From IMG/VR virus record IMGVR_UViG_2595698945_000001: a stretch of DNA of 64,000 bases; one strand, written 5' to 3'. This document shows, in pieces, positions 1 through 9,268 of this stretch. The translations under genes and the position numbers were made by a program. The stretch comes from a virus. Taxonomy: Duplodnaviria > Heunggongvirae > Uroviricota > Caudoviricetes. Every line of letters starts with the position of its first letter. The stretch's first letter is position 1. The notes under the pieces were generated by a model. That model ran no database searches and was not told the DNA's origin. It worked only from the letters and a program-made list of their open reading frames with translations.

Positions 1-1414
1 CAATTGGACTACCGCTGAATTTATCGCATGGCTAAAGGAGCGTGGTGCCTTCGAAGTACCATACTGGATGATGAAAGGTTCCTGGTCATATGCCGACAAT
101 AAAATTATCACTGATACAGGTGTCGGCAATATCTGTCTTGCTGGTTCGGTTGTCGAGGTTTTAGGTAACGAAGGTGCAATGACCATTCGAGTTACTACGC
201 CTACAACGACGACAGGTGGTGGGATTGCCTGTGCTCAGTTCACCTATATTAATCACGGTAGCGCGTATTCCCCTGCCTGGCGCAGAGATTACAACACGAC
301 TCTCAAGCCAACAGCGGCAGATGTTGGCGCATTCCCGATTTCTGGCGGTTCACTCTCTGGCGGAATCACTGCATCCGGAGAACTCCAGGTCACTTCGGCA
401 AAAACAGATGGAGGCCAATTCAGAGCTGTACATGGGAACTACGGTTTCTTTATCCGCAACGACGGTGCAAATACCTATTTTCTTCTTACCGATTCTGGCA
501 ATGCATATGGTGGTTGGAATGGTTTACGCCCTTTAACTATCAACAATGTCACTGGCCGTGCTTCTATATCAAACGGAATTGATATCGGTGGTGGGGCAAC
601 CATCAACGGAAGTGTGGGGTTGGGGGTTGCAAACGGGTTAGGCGGTAATTCAATCGTTCTTGGCGATAATGATACCGGCTTTAAACAGAACGGAGATGGA
701 ATTCTGGATGTTTACGCCAACAGTGCTCATGTTTTTAGGTTCATTAATAGCACGCTGCAAAGTCTTAAGCCGTTGAGTGTAACGGGTGACATCACGTCAA
801 GTGCGTGGGTTTACGCCAACCGTTTTTCCATCAACAGCAGTTCTGGCGCGTGGATCGATATGCGTAACCAGAACGTCATCTTCGGGAGGAACGCTGTAAG
901 TACAAGCTCTGCACAAGCGTTGTTGAGACAAGACCATGCGGATCGCAAATTCTTCTTGGGTGGCTTGGGAAACAGTCAGTTTGGTTTTTACATGATCAAC
1001 AATTCACGTACCGCAAACGGCACGGATGCGAACGCATACCTCCAGAATGATGGTACTTGGGTTTGTGGCGGTAATGGCAGCTTTAATGACGTTTATATCC
1101 GCTCTGACCGTCGTAGCAAACGTAATATTCGCAAGATTGAACGGGCGCTCGACAAGCTGGAGCGGGTCGAAGGTGTTCTGTACGAGATTCAGGTCTGTGA
1201 CCGTTATGAGCAGTCTGGTGGCCTCATCGCTCAGGACGTCCAGAATGTTCAGCCTGAACTAGTAACGGTTGACCATAACGATCAGTCCGGAGAGCCTCGT
1301 CTGCGTCTGAACTACAACGGCGTTATCGGTATGTTGGTCGAGGCTGTGAAGGAGTTACGTGAAGAAGTGCGCGAACTCCGTGGAGAAATATCTGTTTTAA
1401 AGGGAGGTAATTGA
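1..1414 (+). CDS. Tail fibre protein, 5'-truncated at the window edge, with C-terminal peptidase-S74 intramolecular-chaperone domain
   Basis: The reading frame is open from position 2, so the ATG at 68 is probably internal. Gly/Ser/Thr/Asn-rich beta-fibre sequence. The C-terminus (SDRRSKRNIRKIERAL...GVLYEI...LNYNGVIGMLVEAVKEL) matches the auto-cleaving chaperone of T5 L-shaped tail fibre and K1F endosialidase. Confidence 0.6.
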   Translation, partial: NWTTAEFIAWLKERGAFEVPYWMMKGSWSYADNKIITDTGVGNICLAGSVVEVLGNEGAMTIRVTTPTTTTGGGIACAQFTYINHGSAYSPAWRRDYNTTLKPTAADVGAFPISGGSLSGGITASGELQVTSAKTDGGQFRAVHGNYGFFIRNDGANTYFLLTDSGNAYGGWNGLRPLTINNVTGRASISNGIDIGGGATINGSVGLGVANGLGGNSIVLGDNDTGFKQNGDGILDVYANSAHVFRFINSTLQSLKPLSVTGDITSSAWVYANRFSINSSSGAWIDMRNQNVIFGRNAVSTSSAQALLRQDHADRKFFLGGLGNSQFGFYMINNSRTANGTDANAYLQNDGTWVCGGNGSFNDVYIRSDRRSKRNIRKIERALDKLERVEGVLYEIQVCDRYEQSGGLIAQDVQNVQPELVTVDHNDQSGEPRLRLNYNGVIGMLVEAVKELREEVRELRGEISVLKGGN

Positions 1415-1950
1415 TGGCTATTGGCTCCGGATGGGTCGGGTCGTCAGCCGTCGCAACAACTGGTCAGCGGTGGATGTCCGCCGCTGGCTCGGCTGTTAAG
1501 GTCGGCACACCGTTCTGGATGAGTGGCTTGGTTGGTAAATCTACTGCTGACTTTACCATCACAACTGGACGCAGTACTTATGATGCCCGCGTGCAGGTAA
1601 CAAACATGCAGTGGGTCGTTGTGTCCACTAACTACACCGGTTTTGCAACCGCTACAGGCAGTATCCAGAACGTACTCAGTAACGTTCTAACCGTGCGCCC
1701 TACTGGTTCTCTAAGCGGTAGCTTGTTTGGTTGTGAAATCCGACATTTTTATCAACCAAGCGGTTATCAAAATCTCTATTTGGGATTGGTTAATGGGCCT
1801 GCACAAAACTTTAGTCTATCTCTTAATGGTACTGTGCTGTCGTTTGTCAATTATATGTACCTAAATGGGGTGCGGTCTTATTACGCATTGACTGCTCAAA
1901 ACTGGTTTTTCAATCAGGTGGGGGCGACGTTTACCGTCTCCAGAGTCTGA
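1411..1950 (+). CDS. Hypothetical protein, tail fibre-associated (possible distal fibre or assembly protein)
   Basis: ATGA start/stop overlap with the fibre gene. Ser/Thr/Gly/Asn-rich beta-type composition. Confidence 0.4.
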   Translation: MMAIGSGWVGSSAVATTGQRWMSAAGSAVKVGTPFWMSGLVGKSTADFTITTGRSTYDARVQVTNMQWVVVSTNYTGFATATGSIQNVLSNVLTVRPTGSLSGSLFGCEIRHFYQPSGYQNLYLGLVNGPAQNFSLSLNGTVLSFVNYMYLNGVRSYYALTAQNWFFNQVGATFTVSRV

Positions 1951-1993
1951 ATTTAAGATGTGCGTTAGTACCTCTTTTCATGGAGGGTAAATA

Positions 1994-2248
1994 ATGAGTT
2001 ATGGGGCAAGAGTCTGGTCGCCTAGCCGTCAGGAAATGGTCGACGCATTAGCGCCAATTTATTATCTGGATTATTTTCTACCGACAGGTAGTGGTAGCAA
2101 AAGTTATGCAATTGAGTCTGGTATGTCAATTGATTACTACATAATGGAAACAATCAATGGATATATTGGAAGTGTTTCAGTATCGGGCAACTCGATTAAC
2201 TGGTCTGATGCTCGCGGTACAATTTATATATTGGTGTTTCAGAAATAA
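1994..2248 (+). CDS. Hypothetical protein
   Basis: Strong RBS GGAGGG upstream of the ATG. Co-oriented in the fibre module. Confidence 0.4.
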   Translation: MSYGARVWSPSRQEMVDALAPIYYLDYFLPTGSGSKSYAIESGMSIDYYIMETINGYIGSVSVSGNSINWSDARGTIYILVFQK

Positions 2249-2856
2249 TGTACGGAAGCAAAATTGTTCGTTCTGATGGGAAGGTCTGGATGTCTCCAAG
2301 TCTTACCCCGATGGTGTTCCAAAGTAAGCATGTGGTGTCGTTGCGAGGCGGAAGTGAGTTCAATACTGGCCTGTCTCCAGATCGGTCACCTATTGTTTTC
2401 GTTGCTTATTCAAAGGCTGTTTCGCTGCTCGCAAGCCGATTAGTTCGCAATAACCAGGTTATTTACAGCTTCGGTGGGGTAGGCAGCGACTCCAGTGTAA
2501 CGGTGTATGTGTTCGCAACTGGCATTTCAAAAAAAGAGAAGTGGGGGATGAGTTTCTTTAATTCATCGGGGGTGGAGATCTATAACACGGCAAATATTCC
2601 ATTGTCATTTACGTTTCTTGATAATAAGAGCTGGAACAGCGGAGATAAACACAACTTTGATTATCCAGTAGCTATTGTGCCTACATATGCTAACGCATTC
2701 GCCATACCGATGCCGGGTGGTGCGAAGACCCTAGTATACGGTTACACATGTTATGGGAACACCGTTAGTTCGATTCTCGTTAATGAAATTAACGGTGGGG
2801 CTACATTAGCTATCAATAACCGAGTTCCAGTTTTGAACAGAAACCTCTACGGATAA
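2248..2856 (+). CDS. Hypothetical protein (tail fibre module)
   Basis: ATGT overlap with the previous gene. 202 aa in the same operon. Confidence 0.45.
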   Translation: MYGSKIVRSDGKVWMSPSLTPMVFQSKHVVSLRGGSEFNTGLSPDRSPIVFVAYSKAVSLLASRLVRNNQVIYSFGGVGSDSSVTVYVFATGISKKEKWGMSFFNSSGVEIYNTANIPLSFTFLDNKSWNSGDKHNFDYPVAIVPTYANAFAIPMPGGAKTLVYGYTCYGNTVSSILVNEINGGATLAINNRVPVLNRNLYG

Positions 2857-2867
2857 CGGAGAATAGA

Positions 2868-3101
2868 ATGAAAAAGATGATATTAATTTTAGGTATGGCT
2901 TTAACTTTGACTGCCTGTCAGAAACTACCAGAGCCGGTTTGCTATGGGCGAGCAATGGTAGGCGGCGTTGACACTGGTGTGCCAATCTATGCGATTAAGA
3001 AAGAAGGGCATTACACATTATATCGTGCAGGTAGTGTCTTTAACTGGCGTTGGGTCGGCTCTGGTGCTTTCACCTCACTAAGCTCATGCCCAAAAATTTA
3101 A
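2868..3101 (+). CDS. Small lipoprotein
   Basis: Signal peptide plus lipobox LTLTAC. RBS GGAG upstream. Confidence 0.5.
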   Translation: MKKMILILGMALTLTACQKLPEPVCYGRAMVGGVDTGVPIYAIKKEGHYTLYRAGSVFNWRWVGSGAFTSLSSCPKI

Positions 3102-3107
3102 AACTCA

Positions 3108-3135
3108 TTTTGTAGGTAAGCGCTTACCTACAAAA
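3108..3135. terminator. Bidirectional hairpin terminator
   Basis: Perfect palindrome ttttgtaggtaagc/gcttacctacaaaa. Confidence 0.6.
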
Positions 3136-3193
3136 TACAATTAAATTGTGATATAAAACTGCCATCCCGATTTGACTTTTCATGGAGGAAATC

Positions 3194-3517
3194 ATGTCGA
3201 ACGAGATGGCAGGCGTAACGCCTGAGCAGGTTGAACGCATTGCCGCAATCGTTGCGCGTGAAGTCGTTGGCAAATTAGGTAAGGAGTTGCGTGAAGAAAT
3301 TGGACAGGAGGTCAATGACCAGCTCAAAACCTACTTTGGCGATATGACGCCTGCACAACACAGCATTCAGCACTCCAACCTGGACAAACTTCTTAACCGG
3401 CTCGACACCATCTCCAGCGGGTTCTTTGGCGGCATTATCTCAAAGATTACGTCGTTCCTGATTACCGCGCTGCTGCTGGGGTTAGCCGCCTACGGCGTAA
3501 AGAATGGACTGCAATAA
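3194..3517 (+). CDS. Putative holin (first gene of lysis cassette)
   Basis: RBS GGAGG sits 5 nt before the ATG at 3194. Single C-terminal TM segment (ITSFLITALLLGLAAYGV). Lies upstream of the endolysin-like gene and spanins. Confidence 0.4.
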   Translation: MSNEMAGVTPEQVERIAAIVAREVVGKLGKELREEIGQEVNDQLKTYFGDMTPAQHSIQHSNLDKLLNRLDTISSGFFGGIISKITSFLITALLLGLAAYGVKNGLQ

Positions 3518-3529
3518 AGGAGATCAAGG

Positions 3530-4222
3530 ATGAAAACTCCAAGAGGTATTCGTAACAACAACCCAGGCAATCTCGATAAGGGGTCGCCGTGGCAGGGGCT
3601 TATTAGCAACCCTTCCGAACCACGTTTCTGCACGTTCAAAGATCCCGTATGGGGGATTCGAGCGCTGGCGGTAACGCTCATCACTTACCACGACAAGCGC
3701 CGGGCGAAGGACGGCTCAAGCATCGATACCATTCGCGAGGTCATCGAGCGCTGGGCGCCGCCAAACGAAAACAACACCAGCGCCTACGTGAACGAGGTAT
3801 CTAAAGCCGTTGGTGTCACCCCGGACATGATCATCGATCTACACGACTACGACACTCTGCGTCCGTTGGTAGAGGCGATCATTCGGCACGAGAACGGCCG
3901 TGGCCCACTGAAAACGCCAAACACCTGGTATGCGGCAGAAGTTATTGAGGAAGGTCTGCGTCGCGCTGGCGTCGTTAAGCCGATCAAGACGGTTAAAGCG
4001 GTTCCTGTGACCAAAGAAACGGCTGGCGCAACTGTCACGGCAGGTATTGGGCTGGCGCAGCTGGCCGACGTAATGCCCCAAGTGTCTGTGGCGATGGATA
4101 AGGCACAAGGTCATATCACCAGCGGTGATACGGTTCGTATCATTTTTGGCGTAGCCACCATTATTGTGGCCGGCTTTATTGCCTGGTCTCAGGTACGCAA
4201 ACACCAGAAAGGGATGGTTTAA
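3530..4222 (+). CDS. Putative endolysin / cell-wall hydrolase with C-terminal TM anchor
   Basis: RBS AAGGAG. Placed between the holin candidate and the spanins. Conserved N-terminal motif GIRNNNPGNL. Hydrophobic C-terminal helix (IIFGVATIIVAGFIAW). The family was not positively identified. Confidence 0.4.
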   Translation: MKTPRGIRNNNPGNLDKGSPWQGLISNPSEPRFCTFKDPVWGIRALAVTLITYHDKRRAKDGSSIDTIREVIERWAPPNENNTSAYVNEVSKAVGVTPDMIIDLHDYDTLRPLVEAIIRHENGRGPLKTPNTWYAAEVIEEGLRRAGVVKPIKTVKAVPVTKETAGATVTAGIGLAQLADVMPQVSVAMDKAQGHITSGDTVRIIFGVATIIVAGFIAWSQVRKHQKGMV

Positions 4223-4223
4223 A

Positions 4224-4475
4224 ATGTTCGGCAGCCTGGTTTCGAAGTTGAAAATTGCTCTGATTACCCTGGCTGCCGTTCTTTTCGTGCTTGTCGGTGC
4301 TTATGCGATGGGTGGTCGTGCGGCTCGGCAAGCGATCGAAGAGAAGGCAAGGCAGGAAGACAGGAAAAGGCTTCAAAGTACAGTGGACGTCAAAAATGAG
4401 ACATTTAATGAAGTGCGGCGGAAAGGCGCTTCTGCTGTTCATCGTGAGCTGCATGGTAAGTGGGTGCGTGATTAA
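4224..4475 (+). CDS. i-spanin (Rz-like)
   Basis: N-terminal TM (IALITLAAVLFVLV) followed by a charged coiled-coil periplasmic domain. Contains the embedded o-spanin gene in the +1 frame. Confidence 0.55.
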   Translation: MFGSLVSKLKIALITLAAVLFVLVGAYAMGGRAARQAIEEKARQEDRKRLQSTVDVKNETFNEVRRKGASAVHRELHGKWVRD

Positions 4476-4638
4476 GACACAGACTTCCGGCGTGCTCTTC
4501 TGCGATGCAGCCAACCCTATCTATGTGAGTAATGAGGATTTAATGACCGAAGAGACAGAGCGGCAGATCTTGACTCACAATATGGTGGGCGAGCGTTTGT
4601 GCCAATGGAGCGGCAAAAAAGCAGACGAAAGCGCGTAA
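4396..4638 (+). CDS. o-spanin (Rz1-like lipoprotein), overlapping i-spanin
   Basis: MRHLMKCGGKALLLFIVSCMVSGC: signal peptide with lipobox. The start lies inside the i-spanin gene in another frame, i.e. the lambda Rz/Rz1 architecture. Confidence 0.55.
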   Translation: MRHLMKCGGKALLLFIVSCMVSGCVIKTQTSGVLFCDAANPIYVSNEDLMTEETERQILTHNMVGERLCQWSGKKADESA

Positions 4639-4823
4639 GCGCCCGTGGTTAGCGGGGTTTTGGGGAGTGGTCAGGTTGCAATTAGTTTGTGACTGATGTA
4701 GATTTAATCAACGAGTGTCAAGACATTCATACATTATTTCAAAGAAGCGCTGCATTCTCGTAGCCTCTAAACCCCGATGGGGTCGCCGCACGACATCAAC
4801 GTCTTAACGGCTAAGGTGGAAAC

Positions 4824-5246
4824 ATGCTCAACTATCATGACAAAACACGTACTATGCAAACGATCCGCACGAACACTGCGGTAGTCGATAGCTTCCCTAT
4901 GCGTTTTCACAACAGTGAAGACTCAGTGGAAGTGCGCCGCATGTTATGTCGCGAAACAGCTGACCGCCAGCACTTCATTGTCACATTCAAAAGTGATGTT
5001 ACTCGCGCAGAGAACATCTCCAACAGCACCTCAACTGTAACTCCGTTGGCAGAGGTCGTTGTGCGCAATAACAAATTGCGCTTTGTCCTCAAGCCGCAAG
5101 AACAGTACCCCGAAATCGTTGATGTTAAAGAATCCATTGTTCCAAAAATTGAGAAAGCCGTTGTACAATTCATGAAGAATAAGTTCAACGACCTCAAGGA
5201 AAGCGTTTTACCAGAACGCAAAAAAGAACAATGGCACCTTCTTTAA
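4824..5246 (+). CDS. Hypothetical protein
   Basis: ORF with RBS GGTGGA. No recognisable motifs. Confidence 0.4.
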   Translation: MLNYHDKTRTMQTIRTNTAVVDSFPMRFHNSEDSVEVRRMLCRETADRQHFIVTFKSDVTRAENISNSTSTVTPLAEVVVRNNKLRFVLKPQEQYPEIVDVKESIVPKIEKAVVQFMKNKFNDLKESVLPERKKEQWHLL

Positions 5247-5980
5247 TTGATGAACGCTACAACAAGCAGTTGAACAAAATGCCGCTCTCTATGGGCGGCT
5301 ATACTATTTTAGAGACCTTTCATTTCGCGACACCAGAAGGCGATGTTGTTCGTCTGGTGGAGATGCGTGCCGATAAAGGCGAGTTCGACAACTTTCTCGT
5401 TGTGTATCTTTTGCCCTCCTATAACTCAGATTATCAATTTGACGAAATCACGCGGGTTATGGATGACGAGGGGATGAGTGCGTTTGAGGCTGCCGAACAC
5501 ATCATCAAAATTGAGATCGTGGATGCGACTCTTAGCCCAGAAGAGCTGAAGGTTGTGGGTCGATTTGCCTATAACGATTTTCCGTTTATTGGCGTCGATG
5601 GGAATGAATACCTCGGTAAGCAAATCAAAGGCGCTTATCTCGAACCGCCTTTTGACTCAGCCCGCATAGGCTCTACAGCATATCGCTTCATACTGGACAA
5701 ATACCGCCACCTCGTTTGCGACAATTTGCAAACCATTTTGGGTGCGTCCATGTGGTCAGGTACTATGCGGAGATATGGCGAGGTTATGATCTACGATACC
5801 GTGAAAAAATGTTGTCTTGACCAGCTCGGCGACAAGGCAAAGGGTTCTACCACCGGCTTCCTGCCGTGGGATATTGGCAGTTTGCCTTTAAGTCGCGTAA
5901 CAGACGAGTGGGGAGACCGCGAGCTGCGACTTGATAAAGGCTCTTGTACGCACATCGTCAACATCATCTCTCTCCCATAA
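5231..5980 (+). CDS. Hypothetical protein
   Basis: 249-aa ORF, followed by a terminator. Confidence 0.45.
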   Translation: MAPSLIDERYNKQLNKMPLSMGGYTILETFHFATPEGDVVRLVEMRADKGEFDNFLVVYLLPSYNSDYQFDEITRVMDDEGMSAFEAAEHIIKIEIVDATLSPEELKVVGRFAYNDFPFIGVDGNEYLGKQIKGAYLEPPFDSARIGSTAYRFILDKYRHLVCDNLQTILGASMWSGTMRRYGEVMIYDTVKKCCLDQLGDKAKGSTTGFLPWDIGSLPLSRVTDEWGDRELRLDKGSCTHIVNIISLP

Positions 5981-6002
5981 ACCCGCTACGGCGGGTTTTT
6001 TG
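5980..6002 (+). terminator. Rho-independent terminator
   Basis: aacccgctacggcgggtttttt. Confidence 0.7.
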
Positions 6003-6134
6003 ATCCCACGCTCCACATTCACCAAGTACCTATCATTTAACCTTTACACCGCAGCCGTAGGCATTTAGGCTATATCACATATAAGAAAACAAGTTGTTTC
6101 ATACGACAATAATTCACGCAAAGGGAACTCACCA

Positions 6135-6800
6135 ATGACCAAGATCATTGTGGTTGGCGGCACAAAAGGCGGCCCAGGCAAATCTACCGTTGCCCAGCAA
6201 ATTGCGGTATGCCTCAAAGTTAAAAAGAAAAAGAAGGTTCATGTAACCGATATTGATATTCAGCGCACAACTACGAGCTGGTGTGAAGATCGTCGCCAGA
6301 ATGACGATCTTGAGCTGATTCCCTTCGCATATGTCCAGGACGACATCGTCAAACATCTTAAATCGCTTCAGGGGCGCACCGATTATGTAGTGGTGGATGC
6401 TGGTGGCTTTGACTCCGAAATTCAGCGTCTGGCGATGCTAATGGCTGACGTGATTATCATCCCGCTGCGCCCTAAACGTCGTGATTTGAAATCCCTGCGC
6501 GATATCGACCCGATTATCGACAACGTTCGCAACGTGAACGAGACTGTGAAGATCCGCGCGGTAGTGAACCAGTGTCCGTCACTGCCTTCCCAGGTGTCAC
6601 GTATTCTGGCGGCGAAAGAAATTGTAGAGACATTCGGCATCGAGGCTGCGCCGGTTAACTTGTACAACCGTAACGTTTATGACGACGCGGAAGAGGCTGG
6701 TCGTTCTATCTTTGAAATGACTGGCGCCGAACGCGATAAGAAGGCAGAAGCCGAGTTCGAAGAGTTTGTAGATTACATCATGAGTCTGGAGGAAGAATAA
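6135..6800 (+). CDS. parA: ParA partition ATPase (type Ib, small ParA)
   Basis: Deviant Walker A GGTKGGPGKST. 221 aa. Followed by a small RHH protein. Confidence 0.8.
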   Translation: MTKIIVVGGTKGGPGKSTVAQQIAVCLKVKKKKKVHVTDIDIQRTTTSWCEDRRQNDDLELIPFAYVQDDIVKHLKSLQGRTDYVVVDAGGFDSEIQRLAMLMADVIIIPLRPKRRDLKSLRDIDPIIDNVRNVNETVKIRAVVNQCPSLPSQVSRILAAKEIVETFGIEAAPVNLYNRNVYDDAEEAGRSIFEMTGAERDKKAEAEFEEFVDYIMSLEEE

Positions 6801-7159
6801 TGTCCATGAGAATGGGAGACCTTGCAAAGCGCAAAGAACCGGAAGAGCCGGTAAAAAGCAGCACCCCAATGCGCCAGCCAGTCAGACCGCAGGGGCGTCC
6901 GACTCGTGGGAAAGAGAAGATTAAGAGCCGCACAATGTCGCTGGAAGACGAGTACTTCGATCTGCTGGAGATGATGAAGTTCATCCCTCGTTTCGAGAAG
7001 TTCACCCGTTCTGACGTGATTCGTGCAGCCATTTTCCATCTGGCAGAGAAGTCGCCGCAGGAAATCGAGGACATCGTGAAACTGAACGAGGCGATCACCG
7101 CTGCCGACGTCACGATGCGCACCGATGAAATCAAACGCGAGTTGATGAAGAAAGGTTGA
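6800..7159 (+). CDS. ParG-like ribbon-helix-helix centromere-binding protein
   Basis: Overlapping start. Basic N-terminal tail plus the RHH-like segment KSRTMSLEDEYFDLLE. Partner of the small ParA. Confidence 0.55.
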   Translation: MSMRMGDLAKRKEPEEPVKSSTPMRQPVRPQGRPTRGKEKIKSRTMSLEDEYFDLLEMMKFIPRFEKFTRSDVIRAAIFHLAEKSPQEIEDIVKLNEAITAADVTMRTDEIKRELMKKG

Positions 7160-7160
7160 T

Positions 7161-7805
7161 ATGGCTAAATTTTTGTCTAGGCATTTAGGTTGGTATATTG
7201 GCTTAGCGTTGGCCATATTAGCCGCAATTGTGTTTGGCAAAGTTATCGGCTTGCTAGGAATTTCAAACCAAGGGGTTATTTCTGTTGCTGGTTCAATGAT
7301 AGGGATGATATGTAGTGGATTATACCGCAACACTTTAAAATATATTAAATCCGAAGAATACAGATTAAAAATACAAGAGTATAAAGAGAAACGTGACGAA
7401 AGTGTCAAGAAAGAGCGAGAGGCATTAAAGAGGAAGACAATCGTCGAACTTTATCTCTTGAATGAAAAGAAAACCTTCATCAAGGTTAAGCTTCTCTCTG
7501 TGATGATGATATTTTTTGGCGCAGCGCTGAGCTACTTCTTCGTCTATAGCTCTATCGTTACCATCACTGGAATTGTAGCCTTTGTTTTACTGGAGCTAAA
7601 AGAGAGAGTTTTGGCTTATCGTATAGCTAAAGGCTTTTTCGGTAATAATAGTACTGAAGCTATCCAGTTACTTAAATTTATTGAGACCAATATCGACAAC
7701 ATCGATACTGGTAGCAGTGGTGGCAAACGTAAGATATTGAATGACCCTGTTTTAGAAGAAATCCCAAATGAGAATTTGGGAAAGGGGGCTTTGGATGCCA
7801 GATAA
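7161..7805 (+). CDS. Membrane protein (4 predicted TM), low-GC cargo
   Basis: Hydrophobic helices at both ends with a Lys/Glu-rich coiled segment between. AT-rich codon usage unlike the flanking genes. Confidence 0.45.
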   Translation: MAKFLSRHLGWYIGLALAILAAIVFGKVIGLLGISNQGVISVAGSMIGMICSGLYRNTLKYIKSEEYRLKIQEYKEKRDESVKKEREALKRKTIVELYLLNEKKTFIKVKLLSVMMIFFGAALSYFFVYSSIVTITGIVAFVLLELKERVLAYRIAKGFFGNNSTEAIQLLKFIETNIDNIDTGSSGGKRKILNDPVLEEIPNENLGKGALDAR

Positions 7806-8205
7806 AGATCTGACAAGCAGATATCTCAACAGGGCAATGGATATTTTGCTATTAGGCTATCCACTTAGAACTGTTTTTGGGTCACTTATCGGTGCTCTAC
7901 TGTGGGTGGTGCTTCATATTTTTACACCATTCTTGCTTACCAAAGGCTTTGTTGTTGACTGGATATATAACGCTGGTTGTTTTGTTGTTGGCGTTTTGAT
8001 CATGAATACCAAAACAATCATTGATGTGTTCAATGGTGATGCAATCAGCGAGAAGTTTGGCAGTTCTTTGAGGCATATTGATAAGCGTCTAGATTTGTCG
8101 AATGAACAAAAACGATATTTAATTAACAAGTTATTGAGTGATCATATAGCGAACCTTACTGACAACCAAGTCAAGGAAGTTGAACAGAGAGTTACGGATA
8201 AGTAA
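7795..8205 (+). CDS. Membrane protein, low-GC cargo
   Basis: ATG at 7795 after a G-rich RBS. 2-3 TM helices. Overlaps the upstream gene end. Confidence 0.4.
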   Translation: MPDKDLTSRYLNRAMDILLLGYPLRTVFGSLIGALLWVVLHIFTPFLLTKGFVVDWIYNAGCFVVGVLIMNTKTIIDVFNGDAISEKFGSSLRHIDKRLDLSNEQKRYLINKLLSDHIANLTDNQVKEVEQRVTDK

Positions 8206-8314
8206 ATTTAACCAATGCTATTAGAACAGGTTGTTAATATTTTTAATGGCCTGTTTGTTGGTTAAGATAATTACGTGTGCCATTCTGTGTTGCAATATAA
8301 AATAGTGGATAAAA

Positions 8315-9073
8315 ATGCTATACAAATACGTAGGGCATGAAGACCCAAACGAATTAATCAAAATTCTCAAATTCTTCATCGAAGATGGAACCATCCGAGC
8401 CACCAGACCACACGACTTCAATGACCCTGCCGAATTCAAAGCAAAATTTAGTTTCGACGCCACGATACCGGAGAAGCGTGTCCGATATCATGAGATGTGG
8501 CCTGGCAAAAGCGACGATGACGGTGAGAACTGGTTAAGAGGGCGAACCAAAAACGCCGAAGAGTTTGACGCCTATATGCTGCGCGGAAATCTGCTTTTGA
8601 ATACCGGTGTGATATGCCTCACCAGAACTGACACTAATTACCTGATGTGGTCGCATTACGCCAGCTCCCACTCTGGATTTTGCATAGGGTTTGATGACGC
8701 TATTGTGGAAGCGCTGGATGACCAACACACAGCGTTAAACGGTGATGTGGAGTACGTGAAATCGCCGCCTGAAGTGAACTTCTATACCGCTGATGTGTAC
8801 GACATTGTCAGAGCCATCTTTCTGCACAAGGGTGAGAGCTGGAAGTACGAAGAAGAGTTCCGGATTATCTCTGAGCTGCCAGGGCTTAAGAAGTTCGACA
8901 CCTCGCTCATCAAAGAGATTTCTATCGGATGCAAACCCTATCCAGAGCTGGAAAGTTTTGCCCGTGAACTGCTGGACAGCAATCTGGCCGTGTACAAAAT
9001 GCTTTGCCCGACTGACTCGTACCAACTGAAGCGTGTGGAGCTGGACAAGAACCTTTCTTTTCAAGGTTACTAG
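8315..9073 (+). CDS. DUF2971-family protein
   Basis: Signature MWSHYASSHSGFCIGF typical of DUF2971. Low-GC. Confidence 0.5.
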   Translation: MLYKYVGHEDPNELIKILKFFIEDGTIRATRPHDFNDPAEFKAKFSFDATIPEKRVRYHEMWPGKSDDDGENWLRGRTKNAEEFDAYMLRGNLLLNTGVICLTRTDTNYLMWSHYASSHSGFCIGFDDAIVEALDDQHTALNGDVEYVKSPPEVNFYTADVYDIVRAIFLHKGESWKYEEEFRIISELPGLKKFDTSLIKEISIGCKPYPELESFARELLDSNLAVYKMLCPTDSYQLKRVELDKNLSFQGY

Positions 9074-9092
9074 TTCTGGCAGCTTCAATTCA

Positions 9093-9159
9093 GAACCTGC
9101 TTCTGTATATATAAATACTAAGTTACTTATTATTATTTATACGGAAGCAGGTCTTTTTC
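9093..9159 (+). repeat. Hairpin element R1 (stem acctgcttc/gaagcaggt with a 40-nt AT-rich loop carrying a Motif A variant, then a T-run)
   Basis: A near-identical element recurs at 53937-54006. Confidence 0.6.
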
Positions 9160-9268
9160 TATGCCAACTTCCGAGACACATTCCCTTCCGTTTCCACTTC
9201 CAAAAAACATCTCCAGTCGCTATGATTCGCCCATTATGTAAGTAAGTGACTACCTATCGGCGGAGCAC

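Noticed and set aside
4641-4665. Terminator after the o-spanin gene
   Set aside because: cccgtggttagcgggg has a weak stem and only a short T-run. Not confident.
6773-7408. 211-aa minus-strand ORF spanning parG and the membrane gene
   Set aside because: Overlaps two supported plus-strand genes. No start signals.
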